A stretch of DNA of 64,000 nt from Alphaproteobacteria bacterium (GTDB lineage Bacteria; Pseudomonadota; Alphaproteobacteria; CALKHQ01), in the NCBI GenBank assembly GCA_965227515.1, contig CBDDFZ010000001.1:2624001-2688000 (forward strand), read 5' to 3'. The position numbers and the translations under genes are program-made. Every line of letters begins with the position of its first letter. Position 1 is the stretch's first letter. Below the pieces are notes generated by a model. That model searched no databases. It was not told the origin of the DNA and was given only the letters and a program-made list of their open reading frames with translations. Of this stretch, positions 20,062 through 31,633 are shown piece by piece.

Positions 20062-21531
20062 GTGCTGCAACGCAAAAATTCGGCCAAGGCGGCAACGGTG
20101 CCAGCGGTTGGCGCGAAGGTGCGCCGTGCGCGGATGGCGGCCGGCCTCAGCCAGGTTGCGCTCGCCGAGCAGCTGGGCATCTCGGGCGCCTACCTGAACC
20201 TGATCGAGCACAACCGCCGCAACCTGACGGTGCCGTTGCTGCTGCGCCTTGCCGAGCTGCTGCCGCTGGACCTGAGCCAGTTGACCGACGGCAATCTGGA
20301 CCAGCTGTCCAACGACCTGATGGAGGCATTCGGCGACGAGGCGGTATCGCACCTGGATATCAAGACGTCCGACGTGCGCGACCTGATCGATGCGCACCCG
20401 GCGGTGGCGCGTGGAGTCGTGGCGCTCTACGACGCCTATCGGAATGCGAACGAGGACGTGCGCGCGCTCCGCGCCGACGGGCCGGCGGTGGACGCGGGCG
20501 CGGAGAATGAAAGACCGGCAGGCGAACGCCCGTCCGGCGAAATCGTGTCGGACGTGCTGCAGGCCGCCGACAACCATTTCCCGACTTTGGAGCTGGCGGC
20601 GGAGCGGGTCGGCGCGGACATCTCGCACAGTGGCGAGGACAGGTTCCGCGGCATGTCGACCTTCCTGGCCAATGCCTTCGGTGTGCGGGTGGCGGTGCTG
20701 CCGGCCGATCCCAGGCAGCTGACGATGCGGCGCTACGACCCGGCGGCGCGCACGCTGGAACTGTCGGAGAGCCTGCCCTCGGCCAGCCGCAACTTCCAGG
20801 TCGCCTACCAGATCGCGCTGCTGGCGGCGGAGCGCGAGATCGAGGAGATCATCGCGGCGCATGGCCTGGACGGCGAGGATGTGCACACCCACGCGCGGAT
20901 CGCGCTCGCCAGCTACTTCGCCGCCGCGTTGCTGATGCCTTACGACGACATGCTGCGGCAGTCACAGGCGCTGCGCTACGACACCGAACTGCTGCAGCAC
21001 CATTTCGGCACCAGCTTCGAGCAGGTTTGCCACCGGCTGACCACGCTGCAGAAGAAGGGCGCGCGGGGCGTGCCGTTCCACATGCTGCGCACCGACATCG
21101 CCGGCAACATCTCCAAGCGCATCTCCATGTCCGGCATCCGCATCCCGCGGCACGGCGGCGCCTGCCCGCGCTGGAACATCTATCACGCGTTCCTGCAGCC
21201 GGGCGTCATCAACGTCCAGGTGTCGGAGACGCCGGAGGGCGCGCGCTATCTGTGCATCGCGCGCACGGTGTTCAAGCGCGCCGGCGGGCACGGCGTGCCG
21301 GTCAGCACGCTGGCGATCGGGCTCGGCTGCGACATCGCGCATGCCGCCGCCCTGGTCTATGCCGACGGCATCGACCTGGAGAACCCGGCGCTGGCGGTGC
21401 CCATCGGCACCACGTGCCGACTGTGCGAGCGGCTGGATTGCCGGCAGCGCGCCTATCCGCCGGTGAACATGCCCCACGCCATCGACGAGAACGTGCGCGG
21501 CGTTTCGGCCTTCACGATCCGGTCGGCATGA
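20062..21531 (+). CDS. ScfR/RamB-type XRE-family short-chain acyl-CoA regulator
   Basis: N-terminal XRE HTH (LGISGAYLNLIEHNRR), FAAALLMPY, SFEQVCHRL.TL, D.AGNISKR, C-terminal C..C.R.DC.QRA.PP; divergent from aceA. Confidence 0.92.
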   Translation: MLQRKNSAKAATVPAVGAKVRRARMAAGLSQVALAEQLGISGAYLNLIEHNRRNLTVPLLLRLAELLPLDLSQLTDGNLDQLSNDLMEAFGDEAVSHLDIKTSDVRDLIDAHPAVARGVVALYDAYRNANEDVRALRADGPAVDAGAENERPAGERPSGEIVSDVLQAADNHFPTLELAAERVGADISHSGEDRFRGMSTFLANAFGVRVAVLPADPRQLTMRRYDPAARTLELSESLPSASRNFQVAYQIALLAAEREIEEIIAAHGLDGEDVHTHARIALASYFAAALLMPYDDMLRQSQALRYDTELLQHHFGTSFEQVCHRLTTLQKKGARGVPFHMLRTDIAGNISKRISMSGIRIPRHGGACPRWNIYHAFLQPGVINVQVSETPEGARYLCIARTVFKRAGGHGVPVSTLAIGLGCDIAHAAALVYADGIDLENPALAVPIGTTCRLCERLDCRQRAYPPVNMPHAIDENVRGVSAFTIRSA

Positions 21532-21707
21532 TCGGCCCGAAACTATTCGCTGACCGGGGTGCCGACTTGTCATAAGATTCGTTCTAATGAAGACGGCCTA
21601 ATGAAGACGGCGCAACTCAGGCTGGGTGCCTGTGACGTGCGTGACGTCGGACGTGCCCAGGACCTTGATACCGGGATCTTGAAACCGGAACCTTGATGGG
21701 GTGAGAC

Positions 21708-24700
21708 GTGGGGCGCCGGGTTCGCCAGTGGCTGGAGGGTTTGGGCCTGGAGCGTTACGCCGACGCGATGGCGGCGAACGACGTCGACTGGCGTGCCCTG
21801 GTTCACCTGACCGACGATGATCTGAAGGAGCTCGGCGTCTCGCTGGGCCACCGCCGCATCATGCTGACCGCCATCGAGGCGCTGGAGCGGGATGGCCGGG
21901 AAGATGGGGCCGGTGGGCCGCCGACGTTGCAGGCCGGACGGTCGGCGTCGCAGGAGGGCGAGCGCCGCCAGCTCTCGGTCATGTTCTGCGACCTGGTCGG
22001 CTCGACCGCGCTGTCCGGGCGGCTGGACCCGGAGGAGCTGCGCGAGGTCTTGCGCCGCTACCAGAACATCGTCGTCGAGGCGGTGCGCTTCTACGACGGC
22101 TATGTGGCCAAGTTCCTGGGCGACGGCGTGCTGGCCTATTTCGGCTGGCCACAGGCCCACGAGGACCAGGCCGAACGGGCGGTGCGCGCCGGACTGCGCA
22201 TTCTGTCGGCCATCGAGGCCGCGGACGGCAGCCGGCCGCTCGACATGCAGGTCAGGATCGGCATCGACACCGGGCCCGTGGTGGTGGGCGACCTGGTCGG
22301 CGACGAACTGTCGGATACCGAAGCGGTCATCGGCTCCACCCCCAATCTGGCGGCACGGCTGCAGGGGGCGGCCGAGCCGGGCCAGATCGTCATCGGGCAG
22401 GTGACGCGGCGCCTGTTGGGCAGCGCGTTCGAGATGACCTATTTGGAGCCGATGGCGCTGAAGGGCTTCGCCGATCCGGTGCAAGGCTGGGTCGTGCATC
22501 GCGAGGTGGATGCCGAAACCCGCCTCCTGGCCGCACATCGCCAGCGCCTGACGAAACGGGTCGGCCGCGAGCATGAGCTCGGCCTGTTGCAGGAACGTTG
22601 GCGGCGGGCAGCCGCAGGCGATGGCCAGGTCGTCATGCTGGTGGGCGCGGCCGGCATCGGCAAGTCGCGCATCGTGCACGAACTGCGCCGCGAGATCGGC
22701 GAGGACGAGGGCACCAGCCTGTCGCTGCAGTGCTCGCCGCATCGCACCAACAGCGCGTTCCACCCGGTCATTCAGTACATGCGGCACGCCGCGGACTTCG
22801 CGCTGGACGACGATCCGGCGACCAAGCTCGACAAGCTGGAGGCCTTTCTGGACGCCTCCGGCGAGGATGTAGCCCAAGTCGCGCCCGTCTTTGCCGCCGT
22901 GATGTCGCTGCCCGGCGAGGAACGCTACGGCGCGCTGGACCTGTCGCCACAATTGTTTCGTGGCGAGGTGATCCGGCTGTCGGTCGACCACATCATCGGC
23001 CAAAGCCGCAAGCACGGCATGTTGTGCGTGGTCGAGGACGCCCATTGGATCGACCCGTCGATGACCGAACTGGTGGGCGAATTGATCGCGCGGGTCCAGG
23101 GGGAGGCGGTCTGTGTGCTGGTCACCAGCCGGCCGGAATACCGGCGCCCATGGCCGGATCATGCCCATCTCAGCACCATCAACCTTGCGCGCCTGAGCCG
23201 CCCCCAGGCGGCGGAGATCGTGCGAGCGATTGCCGGTCCCGCGCTGCTGCCGGCCATCGTGGACCAGATCGTGGACCGCTCCGATGGCGTGCCGCTGTAT
23301 GTCGAGGAACTGACCCGCGCGGTGCTGGAGGACGTGTCGGCGGCGACGGACGGTGCGGCCGACCGTCTGGTGCCGGCATCGTTGCAGGCGTCGCTGGTGG
23401 CGCGGTTGGACCGGCTGGGCGAGGCGAAGGAGGTTGCGCAGGTGGGCGCGGTGATCGGCCGGGAGTTCACCGAGGCCGGCGTGTGCGCCGTGCTGGGCTG
23501 TGCGCCGGCCGAGATCGCCACCGAACTCGCGCAATTGGAGAAGGCCGACCTTGTCGTGCGGCGCGGCAGACCGCCCAGCGTGACCTACACCTTCAAGCAC
23601 GCCCTGGTGCAGGACGCGGCCTATGGCACCATCCTGAAGGCGCGCCGGCGCACGATCCACGCCCGCATCCTGGCCGACCTGGAAAGCCAACTGGGCCAGC
23701 AGGTGGAAGAGCGGGTGGAGATGCTGGGCCATCACGCCCATCGCGGTCAGGTGTGGGACAAGGCGTTCCAGTACCTGGTCGCCGCCGGCAAGCGCGCCAT
23801 GCAGCGCTCGGCCCTGCACGAGGCCGCCAGCCATTTCGAGCGCGCGCTCGATGCGTCTGAGAACGTGCCCCAGACCCCCGACCTGCTGCGGGAGACGATT
23901 GCGGTGCGCTACGAGCTTCGCAACGTGATGTGGGGGCTGGCGCGCTTCGACGACATCTTGACGACGCTGGCGGCGGCCGAGGAGGACGCGGCCCAGCTCG
24001 ACGATCCGCTCAACGCCGGCTGGATCTCGGTGTTCCGCAGTGCCAGCCTGTGGCAGCTCGGACGGGCGGACGAGGCGGTGCGTGCGTCGGAGGATGCGCT
24101 GGCCGTTGGCGAAGCGCATGGGGACCTGTCGCTGAGCGTGGCGGCGAATTTCTACCTGGGGTGCGCCCACGTCACTGCCGGGGCGCACGGCCTGGCGGAG
24201 ACCCACTTCGGCAACGTCGTCGACATGCTGCCCGGCGAGAAGGCACGCCTGCGTTGCGGTCTGCCGTTCGCGCCGGCGGTGATTGCGCTGTCGTGGCTGG
24301 TCTGGGCGTATGCCGAGGACGGGCGGTTCGCCGACGGCGCACGCAGCGCGGATGAGGCGCTGGATATCGCCAAGGGGATCGGCCAGCCGTTCAACATCGC
24401 CCACATCTATTACGACCTGGGCTACTTCCACCAGATCCAGGGCGACCTGGACAGCGCCATCTCGGTGCTGGAGCGGTCGTACGACATGGTCAACGAGTGG
24501 GGCTTCACCTACCTGTCGCCGTTCATCATGGGCTTCCTGGGCCATGCCCGGGCGGTGGCCGGCCGGGTGCAGGAGGGCCTGCTGCTGCTGCAACAGGCGC
24601 AGGTCGCCTATCACAAGGTGGGGCTTGGCCTTTTTAGGGCGCTGGTCAGCGCGCAACTTGGCGAGGCGCAATTCCTCGCCGGCGATCCAGGGCTGGCGGC

Positions 24701-25019
24701 GACCACCACCACCCAGGCCCTGAGCCTGGCGCGCAGCCGTGGCGAGCGCGGATTTGAGGCCCATGCCCTGCGCATCCTGGGCGACATTTCGGCGAGCCGG
24801 CAGGTCGGCGACCACGCCCAGGCGTCAGCCCACTACAATGAGGCTCTTACGCTGACCGAGGCGTTGGGCATGCGGCCGTTGGAGGCACGGCTGCACCGGG
24901 CGCTTGCGCGCTTGGCCGAGCGCACCGGCGACGAGAAAGCGGCAGCACGGCATGCCGCGCGCGCCGCCGCCATCGCCGAGGAGATCGGCATGGCCTTCTG
25001 GCCAGAGCGAGATAACTGA
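21708..25019 (+). CDS. SAM + class III adenylate/guanylate cyclase + AAA ATPase + TPR protein
   Basis: WL..LGLERY (SAM), ERRQLSVMFCDLVGST, GDGVLAYFG, NLAARLQ, GAAGIGKSR, EDAHWID, FKHALVQDAAY, C-terminal TPR-like helices. Confidence 0.9.
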   Translation: MGRRVRQWLEGLGLERYADAMAANDVDWRALVHLTDDDLKELGVSLGHRRIMLTAIEALERDGREDGAGGPPTLQAGRSASQEGERRQLSVMFCDLVGSTALSGRLDPEELREVLRRYQNIVVEAVRFYDGYVAKFLGDGVLAYFGWPQAHEDQAERAVRAGLRILSAIEAADGSRPLDMQVRIGIDTGPVVVGDLVGDELSDTEAVIGSTPNLAARLQGAAEPGQIVIGQVTRRLLGSAFEMTYLEPMALKGFADPVQGWVVHREVDAETRLLAAHRQRLTKRVGREHELGLLQERWRRAAAGDGQVVMLVGAAGIGKSRIVHELRREIGEDEGTSLSLQCSPHRTNSAFHPVIQYMRHAADFALDDDPATKLDKLEAFLDASGEDVAQVAPVFAAVMSLPGEERYGALDLSPQLFRGEVIRLSVDHIIGQSRKHGMLCVVEDAHWIDPSMTELVGELIARVQGEAVCVLVTSRPEYRRPWPDHAHLSTINLARLSRPQAAEIVRAIAGPALLPAIVDQIVDRSDGVPLYVEELTRAVLEDVSAATDGAADRLVPASLQASLVARLDRLGEAKEVAQVGAVIGREFTEAGVCAVLGCAPAEIATELAQLEKADLVVRRGRPPSVTYTFKHALVQDAAYGTILKARRRTIHARILADLESQLGQQVEERVEMLGHHAHRGQVWDKAFQYLVAAGKRAMQRSALHEAASHFERALDASENVPQTPDLLRETIAVRYELRNVMWGLARFDDILTTLAAAEEDAAQLDDPLNAGWISVFRSASLWQLGRADEAVRASEDALAVGEAHGDLSLSVAANFYLGCAHVTAGAHGLAETHFGNVVDMLPGEKARLRCGLPFAPAVIALSWLVWAYAEDGRFADGARSADEALDIAKGIGQPFNIAHIYYDLGYFHQIQGDLDSAISVLERSYDMVNEWGFTYLSPFIMGFLGHARAVAGRVQEGLLLLQQAQVAYHKVGLGLFRALVSAQLGEAQFLAGDPGLAATTTTQALSLARSRGERGFEAHALRILGDISASRQVGDHAQASAHYNEALTLTEALGMRPLEARLHRALARLAERTGDEKAAARHAARAAAIAEEIGMAFWPERDN

Positions 25020-25105
25020 GGCTGGTTGCGTTTCGCGCGACGGTGCCCTCGGCCTCCCGGCACTCTCCCAAGTCGCGGGAGAGGGGATTGATGCGCGACC
25101 AAGAA

Positions 25106-25204
25106 CCCTCTCCCCCTCGTGGGAGAGGGAGGGACCCGAACCTGTCCTTGGGCCCGGCCTACGGCCGGTCCCGAGGGCCGACAGGTTTGGGAGGGTGAGG
25201 GGGG
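25106..25204. repeat. CCCTCTCCC/GGGAGAGGG-type intergenic palindromic repeat
   Basis: CCCTCTCCC-CCTCGT-GGGAGAGGG...GGGAGGGTGAGGGGG between convergent genes. Confidence 0.7.
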
Positions 25205-25224
25205 CGTTTGATGCCCCGAAATCT

Positions 25225-26226
25225 CTAACCGCCGCGGCCGGCGCGGGCGGTGATGTGCTGGTGCACCCACTGGCGGGCATTGGGGATCAGCACCGAGAAG
25301 ATCAGCAGCAGGCCGATGACGCCGGTCTGGATGTGGCCGGTGATGTTCTCCAGCGCCATGCCGTTCCTGAGATTGAGCACGATCAGGATCGCCAGCACCG
25401 CGCCGAACATGGTGCCTGAGCCGCCGAAGATGCTGATGCCGCCGAGCAGCACCATGGTGATGATGTCGAGCTCGAAGCCGAAGCCGATGTCGCCGCGCAC
25501 CGAGCCCACGCGCGCCGAATAGAGCAGGCCGGCCAGCGCCGCCAGGCTGGCGGAGATGATGAACAGCGCCGCTTTCACCCGCCGCACCCGCACGCCGGAG
25601 TAGAGCGCGACGTCGCGGTTGTTGCCGATGACGTAGACCTGCCGCCCGAAGGCGGAGAAGTGCAACACCACCACCAGCACGATCAGCAGGACGAAGAACA
25701 GGATCAGTGCCAGCGGGAACGGGCCGATCAGCGGCTGCTGGCCCAGATCGTCGAACCACTGCGGGAAATCGGTGATGCCCCGATCCTCGACCAGGATGTA
25801 GGCCGCACCCCTGTAGCCGATCAGCATGGCGAGCGTCACCACCAGGGAGGGCAGGCCGACCACCGCGATCCAGAATGCATTGAAGGCGCCGGCCAGCGCA
25901 CCGACCCCGAACGTGAGAATGATCGCCGCCCACACCGGCACGCCCTCGGCGAACATCCAGCCGAACGCGCAGGCGCACAACCCCATCACCGACGACACCG
26001 ACAGGTCGATCTCGCCGTTGATGATGATCAGCGTCATCGCCAGCGCGATGATGATCTTCTCGATGGAGACCTGGAACAGGTTGATCTGGTTGCCGACGGT
26101 CAGGAATTCCGGCGACAGCACGCCGTTGACGACGATGGTGACCGCCAGGATCAGCAGCAGGAAGCCCTCCCAGCTGTTCAGGCGGCGCACGATCGCGGCG
26201 ATTGGCGAACCGGAGTGCTCGGCCAT
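25225..26226 (-). CDS. rhaQ: Sugar (rhamnose-type) ABC transporter permease
   Basis: [35 protein letters not shown]. Confidence 0.8.
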   Translation of the reverse strand: MAEHSGSPIAAIVRRLNSWEGFLLLILAVTIVVNGVLSPEFLTVGNQINLFQVSIEKIIIALAMTLIIINGEIDLSVSSVMGLCACAFGWMFAEGVPVWAAIILTFGVGALAGAFNAFWIAVVGLPSLVVTLAMLIGYRGAAYILVEDRGITDFPQWFDDLGQQPLIGPFPLALILFFVLLIVLVVVLHFSAFGRQVYVIGNNRDVALYSGVRVRRVKAALFIISASLAALAGLLYSARVGSVRGDIGFGFELDIITMVLLGGISIFGGSGTMFGAVLAILIVLNLRNGMALENITGHIQTGVIGLLLIFSVLIPNARQWVHQHITARAGRGG

Positions 26227-26227
26227 C

Positions 26228-27325
26228 TCAGGAGGTGCCCTTGTTGCGGGTGGCGAGCGTCGTCTGGCGCAGTGCCGCGCGCCGGTGGCGCAGGCCCGCC
26301 AGCCGTTGCAGCAGGAAGCTGTCGGCGGCGACCGCCAGCAGGATCATCAGGCCCAGCACGGCATCGCGCCAGAACTCGCTGATCAGGTCCCAACGGCCCA
26401 GGCTGTAGTCGATCAGGTCGACCAGGATGGCGCCCAGCAGCACGCCGATGACGGTGCCCGACCCGCCGAAGATGTTGACGCCGCCGACCACCACGGCCGC
26501 GACCGACTTCAGCTCCAGGCCCAGCCCTGCGACCACGGTGATGTTGCCGAAGCGCGCGAGGTAGGCGAAGCCGGCCAGCCCGGCCAGCGCGCCGCACAGC
26601 ACGAATGCCAGGAACACGATCCGCTGCGAGCGGATGCCGGCCATCACCGCCGCCTCCGGGTTCGACCCGATGGCGTAGAACTTGCGGCCCAGGCGCATGC
26701 GGCTGAGGAACAGGTGGACCACCAGCACCACCAGCACCGCGATGAAGAAGGTCAGCCGTATTTCTATATCGCCGAACGACAGCGGGTTGCCGCCGACGGC
26801 GTCGATCAGCCATTGCGGCGTCAGGTCCGACAGATTGGTGCGCGGCAGGTCGATCAGCCACTGCGGCAGCGCGCTCGACGTGATCGACCGTGCCTCGCCG
26901 TATTCGGTGACCAGGGTGCGGAACAGGGCCATGGTGCCCAGGGTGACAATGATCGCCGGCACCCGGCCATAGGCCACCAGCACGCCATTGAAGGCGCCGA
27001 ACAGGGCGCCGACGCCCACCGCGATCAGCACCGCGATCGCGCCGTTCATCTCCGGGTTGGAGGCCAGGACGTCGCCGACGAAATAGGCCGTGAAGCCAAC
27101 CGTCGAGCCCACCGACAGGTCGATGTTGCGGGTCATCACCACCAGCGACTGGCCGACCGCGAGTAGCACCACGATGGCGACGCTGGAGGTGATGCGGTGG
27201 AAGGTGCGCGCGTTGTAGTAGTTGTCGATCACCGCGCCGAAGAACACGACGACCAGCACCATCACCAGTACCAGCGCGAACAGGCGCAGCGTCTGTGGGT
27301 GCAGGCGCTCGAACAGCGTCATCAT
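26228..27325 (-). CDS. rhaP: Sugar (rhamnose-type) ABC transporter permease
   Basis: [39 protein letters not shown]. Confidence 0.8.
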   Translation of the reverse strand: MMTLFERLHPQTLRLFALVLVMVLVVVFFGAVIDNYYNARTFHRITSSVAIVVLLAVGQSLVVMTRNIDLSVGSTVGFTAYFVGDVLASNPEMNGAIAVLIAVGVGALFGAFNGVLVAYGRVPAIIVTLGTMALFRTLVTEYGEARSITSSALPQWLIDLPRTNLSDLTPQWLIDAVGGNPLSFGDIEIRLTFFIAVLVVLVVHLFLSRMRLGRKFYAIGSNPEAAVMAGIRSQRIVFLAFVLCGALAGLAGFAYLARFGNITVVAGLGLELKSVAAVVVGGVNIFGGSGTVIGVLLGAILVDLIDYSLGRWDLISEFWRDAVLGLMILLAVAADSFLLQRLAGLRHRRAALRQTTLATRNKGTS

Positions 27326-28833
27326 TAGGCGGCGTCCAGGGTGTCGGCCTGGCCGGTCGCCAGCCGCATGACCTGTTCCTGGGTGGCGGATTCGGCCCCG
27401 AAGATGCCCATCTGCCGGCCCTCGCGCATCACCAGGATACGGTCGGCCATCGCCATCACCTCCGGCAGGTCCGACGAGATCACGATCACCGCCACGCCGG
27501 CGGCGGCAAGGTCGCGAATGATCTGGTGCACCTCCGCCTTGGCGCCGACGTCGATGCCGCGGGTCGGCTCGTCGACGATCAGCAGCTTCGGCTCGGCGGC
27601 CAGCCATTTCGACAGCATCACCTTCTGCTGGTTGCCGCCGGACAGCCGGCCGACCGCCTGTTCCAGGTTGGTGGTGCGGATGTTCAGCCGCTGGCGGTAG
27701 CGGTCGGCGAGCCCGTATTCCTCGTCGCGCTTGACCAGCCCGAAGTGGTTGAGGAAACGGTCGAGCGTCGGCAGCGACACGTTGGGCACGATCGCCATCG
27801 GCAGCGCCAGGCCCAGCTTGCGCCGATCCTCCGACACATAGGCGATGTGCAGCTTCATCGCGGCGCGCGGGCTGTTGATGGTGACGGGCTTGCCCTCGAA
27901 ACGAATCTCGCCCTCGTCAGCCGGTGCGACCCCGAACAGCGACAGCGCGATATCGGTGCGGCGCGCGCCGACCAGTCCGGCGAAGCACAGGATCTCGCCC
28001 CGGCAGACATCGAACGACACGTTCTCGAACACGCCCGCCTTGGTCAGGCCGTCGACCGACAGCAACACCTCGTCGGTGCGGCTGCTCGGCGCGCGCCCGA
28101 AGAAGTCCTCCAGGTTGCGGCCGACCATGTCGCGGATCAGGCTCTCCGCCGTCACGTCCTTGACCGCGTTGGTGGAGGTGTGCTGGCCGTCGCGCAGCAC
28201 GGTCACCCGGTCGGCCAGCTCGAACACTTCCTCTAGCCGGTGGCTGATGTAGACCACCGCGACGCCCTGCTCGCGCAACGTGCGCGCAATCGACATCAGC
28301 TGCTCGACCTCGTGCGCCGACAGCGAGGCCGTCGGCTCGTCCATAATCAGTACCTTGACGTCGAGCGAGATCGCGCGGGCGATCTCCACGGTCTGCTGCT
28401 CGGCAAGCGTGAGGCCGCTGGCGGCGCGGGTGACGTCGAGCGACACACCCAGGCGCGCGATCAGCTCGCGGGCCCGCGCCCTCATCTTGCGCCAGTTCAC
28501 CACGTGGCCCATGTCCAGGTGGCTGATGAAGATGTTCTCGGCGACGTCCAGGTCCGGGAACACCATCGGCTCCTGGAAAATGGCGGCGATGCCCATGGCC
28601 TGGGCGGCCTGGGTGCTGCCGATGGTGACCGGCTGGCCGCCGACCAGGATTTCGCCGGTGGTCGGCTGGTGGACGCCGGTCATGATCTTGATCAGGGTCG
28701 ACTTGCCGGCGCCGTTCTCGCCGACGACCGCATGAATCTCGCCCGGGAACAGGTCGAGCGTGATGTCGCTCAGCACCACGGTGCCTGAGAATTGCTTGGA
28801 GATGCCACGAAGCTGGAGGACCGGCTCGGTCAT
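27325..28833 (-). CDS. rhaT: Sugar ABC transporter ATP-binding protein (two NBDs)
   Basis: [38 protein letters not shown]. Confidence 0.85.
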   Translation of the reverse strand: MTEPVLQLRGISKQFSGTVVLSDITLDLFPGEIHAVVGENGAGKSTLIKIMTGVHQPTTGEILVGGQPVTIGSTQAAQAMGIAAIFQEPMVFPDLDVAENIFISHLDMGHVVNWRKMRARARELIARLGVSLDVTRAASGLTLAEQQTVEIARAISLDVKVLIMDEPTASLSAHEVEQLMSIARTLREQGVAVVYISHRLEEVFELADRVTVLRDGQHTSTNAVKDVTAESLIRDMVGRNLEDFFGRAPSSRTDEVLLSVDGLTKAGVFENVSFDVCRGEILCFAGLVGARRTDIALSLFGVAPADEGEIRFEGKPVTINSPRAAMKLHIAYVSEDRRKLGLALPMAIVPNVSLPTLDRFLNHFGLVKRDEEYGLADRYRQRLNIRTTNLEQAVGRLSGGNQQKVMLSKWLAAEPKLLIVDEPTRGIDVGAKAEVHQIIRDLAAAGVAVIVISSDLPEVMAMADRILVMREGRQMGIFGAESATQEQVMRLATGQADTLDAA

Positions 28834-28995
28834 CGGGTTTCCTGTCGCGCGCGAACCCAGGGCTGCCCCGGTGCACAGCCGCGCTGGCACGCGCCGCCCC
28901 GCCGGTCACCGACCAAGACGGGCAGCGGAGATGAATTGTGGCGGGGACCGCCGCGCCCGCGGGTGGCAGGCGCAGCGGTCCATCACGTGTCGGAA

Positions 28996-30051
28996 CTACT
29001 GGGCGGCAGCTTCGACGTTATCGGCGTTGTAGACCGTGAACGGACCCATCAGCACGCGGTTGCCCACGTCGCGGGTCGGGTCCTTCTCGACCGTGTAGGT
29101 GCCCATGCGGCCGGCCTCGAAGGTGTCGCCCTCCACGCCTTCCATCTGACCGGTCGCGATCAGGTAGGTCACGTAGTAGGTGAGGTAGCCGAGGTCGACG
29201 AAGCTCCACAGCGCGAATTCCGGCGCGCAACCGTTCAGCGTGTAGGAGACCATTTCCGCCGGCACGCCAAGGCCGGAGACCTTGACCTCGTCGCACATGT
29301 CCTCGTCCTGCATCGCCTTCGCCGCGGCCACGATGCCGACGGAGGTCGGCGCCATGATCAGGCCAAGGTCGGGATGCTGGTCGATCAGGCTGAGCGCGCG
29401 CTCGTAGCTGACTTCCAGGATGTCGTCGCCATACACGGTGTCGACCAGTTCCAGGCCGGCATACTTCTCGTCTTCCAGCGCGGTGTGCATCGCCGCGATC
29501 CAGGCGTTCTGATTGGCCGCGTCGGGCGTCGCCGACAGGATGGCGAACTGGCCCTCGCCGCCCAGGATGGAGTGCGTCATGTCGGCCATGACGACGCCGA
29601 TGTCGCTGAAGTCGACCTGGGCCACGAACAGGATCTCGCCCTCCGCCGACGGGATCGGCGAATCCCAGGTCACGACCTTGACGCCGGCCTCACCGGCGGC
29701 AACCGCGGACGGGGCGATCTGGTCGCCGGCGTTGTTCGACAGCATCACGCCGTCCTGGCCCTGGGTGGCCGCGGTGGTCATGATTTCGATCTGACCGGCG
29801 ACGCTGTTCTCGGGCGTCGGGCCGACATAGAGCAGCTCGCCCGGGTTCCCCAGCTCGGCATGGGCTTCCTGCGCGCCCTGGTTGGCCTGGTCGAACGGCA
29901 GGATGCCCAGGAACTTGGGTAGCAGCACCAGGTTCGCCTCCAGGCCCGTCTCGGGCACGATCGCGTCCTGGGCCAGCGCCGTCGTGCTGGCCAGCGCGCC
30001 CATCAGGCCCACGCTCGCGGCAGTGAGGCAGGCAACGGTCTTCTTCTGCAT
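28996..30051 (-). CDS. rhaS: Rhamnose-type ABC transporter substrate-binding protein
   Basis: Signal peptide, [31 protein letters not shown]...DLGY, AGRMG.Y; substrate assignment inferred. Confidence 0.75.
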   Translation of the reverse strand: MQKKTVACLTAASVGLMGALASTTALAQDAIVPETGLEANLVLLPKFLGILPFDQANQGAQEAHAELGNPGELLYVGPTPENSVAGQIEIMTTAATQGQDGVMLSNNAGDQIAPSAVAAGEAGVKVVTWDSPIPSAEGEILFVAQVDFSDIGVVMADMTHSILGGEGQFAILSATPDAANQNAWIAAMHTALEDEKYAGLELVDTVYGDDILEVSYERALSLIDQHPDLGLIMAPTSVGIVAAAKAMQDEDMCDEVKVSGLGVPAEMVSYTLNGCAPEFALWSFVDLGYLTYYVTYLIATGQMEGVEGDTFEAGRMGTYTVEKDPTRDVGNRVLMGPFTVYNADNVEAAAQ

Positions 30052-30255
30052 GGGAATGATCCCTCCCTTGTCGGCGATCTGGATGACCGCTCAGGTTTTC
30101 GGCGCGTTGTGCGCTTATCGTTCTGGAGCGCCGATCTTTTCGGTGCCCCCCACCGAAGTCAAGGACGATCGCGGAATAATCCGGCCGCCATATCCGTCAT
30201 TGCAATAACGGCGTCGTGCGACCGCCACGCCGCCGGTAACCAAAGGGAGGACACC

Positions 30256-31551
30256 ATGGCGGAAGACCATCGAGACCAAACGAGCGTGCAGGAATATTTC
30301 GCGGCCGATCCGGAGCAGGCGGATCGCGAAGTGTTTGGCCGGGTGTCGTACCCCGACCGGCGCGGCTTCCTGCGCGGGGCGGGGCTTGCCACCATGGGCG
30401 CCATGGTCGGTGCCACGATCCCGTTCCACCGCAACATGCCAGCCGGGCTGGTGCCTGCCGCCCTGGCGCAAGACGATGTGCTGGTCGGCAAGGACGGGCT
30501 GACGCTGCTCAACGACCGCCCGGTCAACGCGGAGACGCCGCCGGAACTGCTGGACGATCCGATCACGCCGGTCGACCGGCACTTCATCCGTAACAACGGC
30601 ACCGTGCCGGCGGACACCAGCGCGGAGGGCTGGACCCTGACCGTCGACGGCCTGGTCGACAACGCGATGGAAATGACCATCGCCGAGCTCAGCGACCAGT
30701 TCGAGGTCGTGACGATGGCGCTGAACCTGGAATGCGGCGGCAACGGGCGCGCGTTCTTCGATCCGCCGGCCAGCGGCAACCAGTGGACCTACGGCGCGGT
30801 GGCGTGCTCGGAGTGGACCGGCGTTCGCCTGAAGGACGTGCTCGAGGCGGCCGGCGTGCAGTCCAACGTCGTCTACACCGCGCACTACGGCGCCGACGGA
30901 CACCTGTCCGGCGATGCCAGCAAGGTGCCGATCTCGCGCGGCGTGCCGATTGCCAAGGCAATGGACGACAACGTGCTGATCGCCTTTCAGATGAACGGGG
31001 GGCCGATCCACCCGATGAACGGCGCGCCGCTGCGTCTGGTCGTGCCGGGCTGGCCGGGGTCGTGCTCGCAGAAGTGGCTCACCCGCATCGAGCTGCGCGA
31101 CCAGGTGCACGACGGTCCGAAGATGACCGGCACCTCCTATCGCGTGCCGGCCTATCCGGTGGCGGCGGGCCAGGACGTGCCCGAAGAGGACTTCATCATC
31201 ATCGAGCGGATGCCGGTGAAGTCGCTGGTGACCTTCCCGGCGAACGGCGCCGACGTCGGCATGGAAACGGAAGTGCGCGGCCATGCCTGGTCGGGCGACC
31301 GAGAGATCGCCGGCCTCGACATCTCCTTCGATTTCGGCACGTCCTGGCAGGCCGCCGACCTCGACCCGCCGGTCAATTCCGGTGCGTGGCAGAACTGGCG
31401 CACCGGCATAAGCTTCCCACTGGCCGGCTATTACGAGATCTGGGCGCGGGCGACGGACAGCGACGGTGCGATGCAGCCCTTCGCTATCGACTGGAACCCG
31501 AAGGGCTATTTGAACAACACGATGCACCGCGTCGGCGTGCGCGCCGGCTGA
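30256..31551 (+). CDS. Tat-exported sulfite oxidase-family molybdoenzyme (SorT/SorA-like)
   Basis: DRRGFL Tat motif, NAETP, FIRNNG, ECGGNGR (Mo-ligand Cys), GAPLRLVVPGWPG..SQKW, WNPKGYLNN. Confidence 0.9.
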   Translation: MAEDHRDQTSVQEYFAADPEQADREVFGRVSYPDRRGFLRGAGLATMGAMVGATIPFHRNMPAGLVPAALAQDDVLVGKDGLTLLNDRPVNAETPPELLDDPITPVDRHFIRNNGTVPADTSAEGWTLTVDGLVDNAMEMTIAELSDQFEVVTMALNLECGGNGRAFFDPPASGNQWTYGAVACSEWTGVRLKDVLEAAGVQSNVVYTAHYGADGHLSGDASKVPISRGVPIAKAMDDNVLIAFQMNGGPIHPMNGAPLRLVVPGWPGSCSQKWLTRIELRDQVHDGPKMTGTSYRVPAYPVAAGQDVPEEDFIIIERMPVKSLVTFPANGADVGMETEVRGHAWSGDREIAGLDISFDFGTSWQAADLDPPVNSGAWQNWRTGISFPLAGYYEIWARATDSDGAMQPFAIDWNPKGYLNNTMHRVGVRAG

Positions 31552-31633
31552 TCGTGATTGCCGAGACCTTGGCCGGGGCGGCGCATTGCCGCCCCGTGCC
31601 GCTGCCAGACGTCGACCGAGCCTGGAGACACCC

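Noticed and set aside
21570-24815. 1081-aa minus-strand ORF (and similar long antisense ORFs at 15735, 18048, 38960, 46527)
   Set aside because: Shadow ORFs opposite well-supported genes.
21708-25019. Cyclase-ATPase-TPR protein as an Avs/CBASS-like defence system
   Set aside because: This architecture is a common signalling family in alphaproteobacteria and no effector or defence genes are adjacent.
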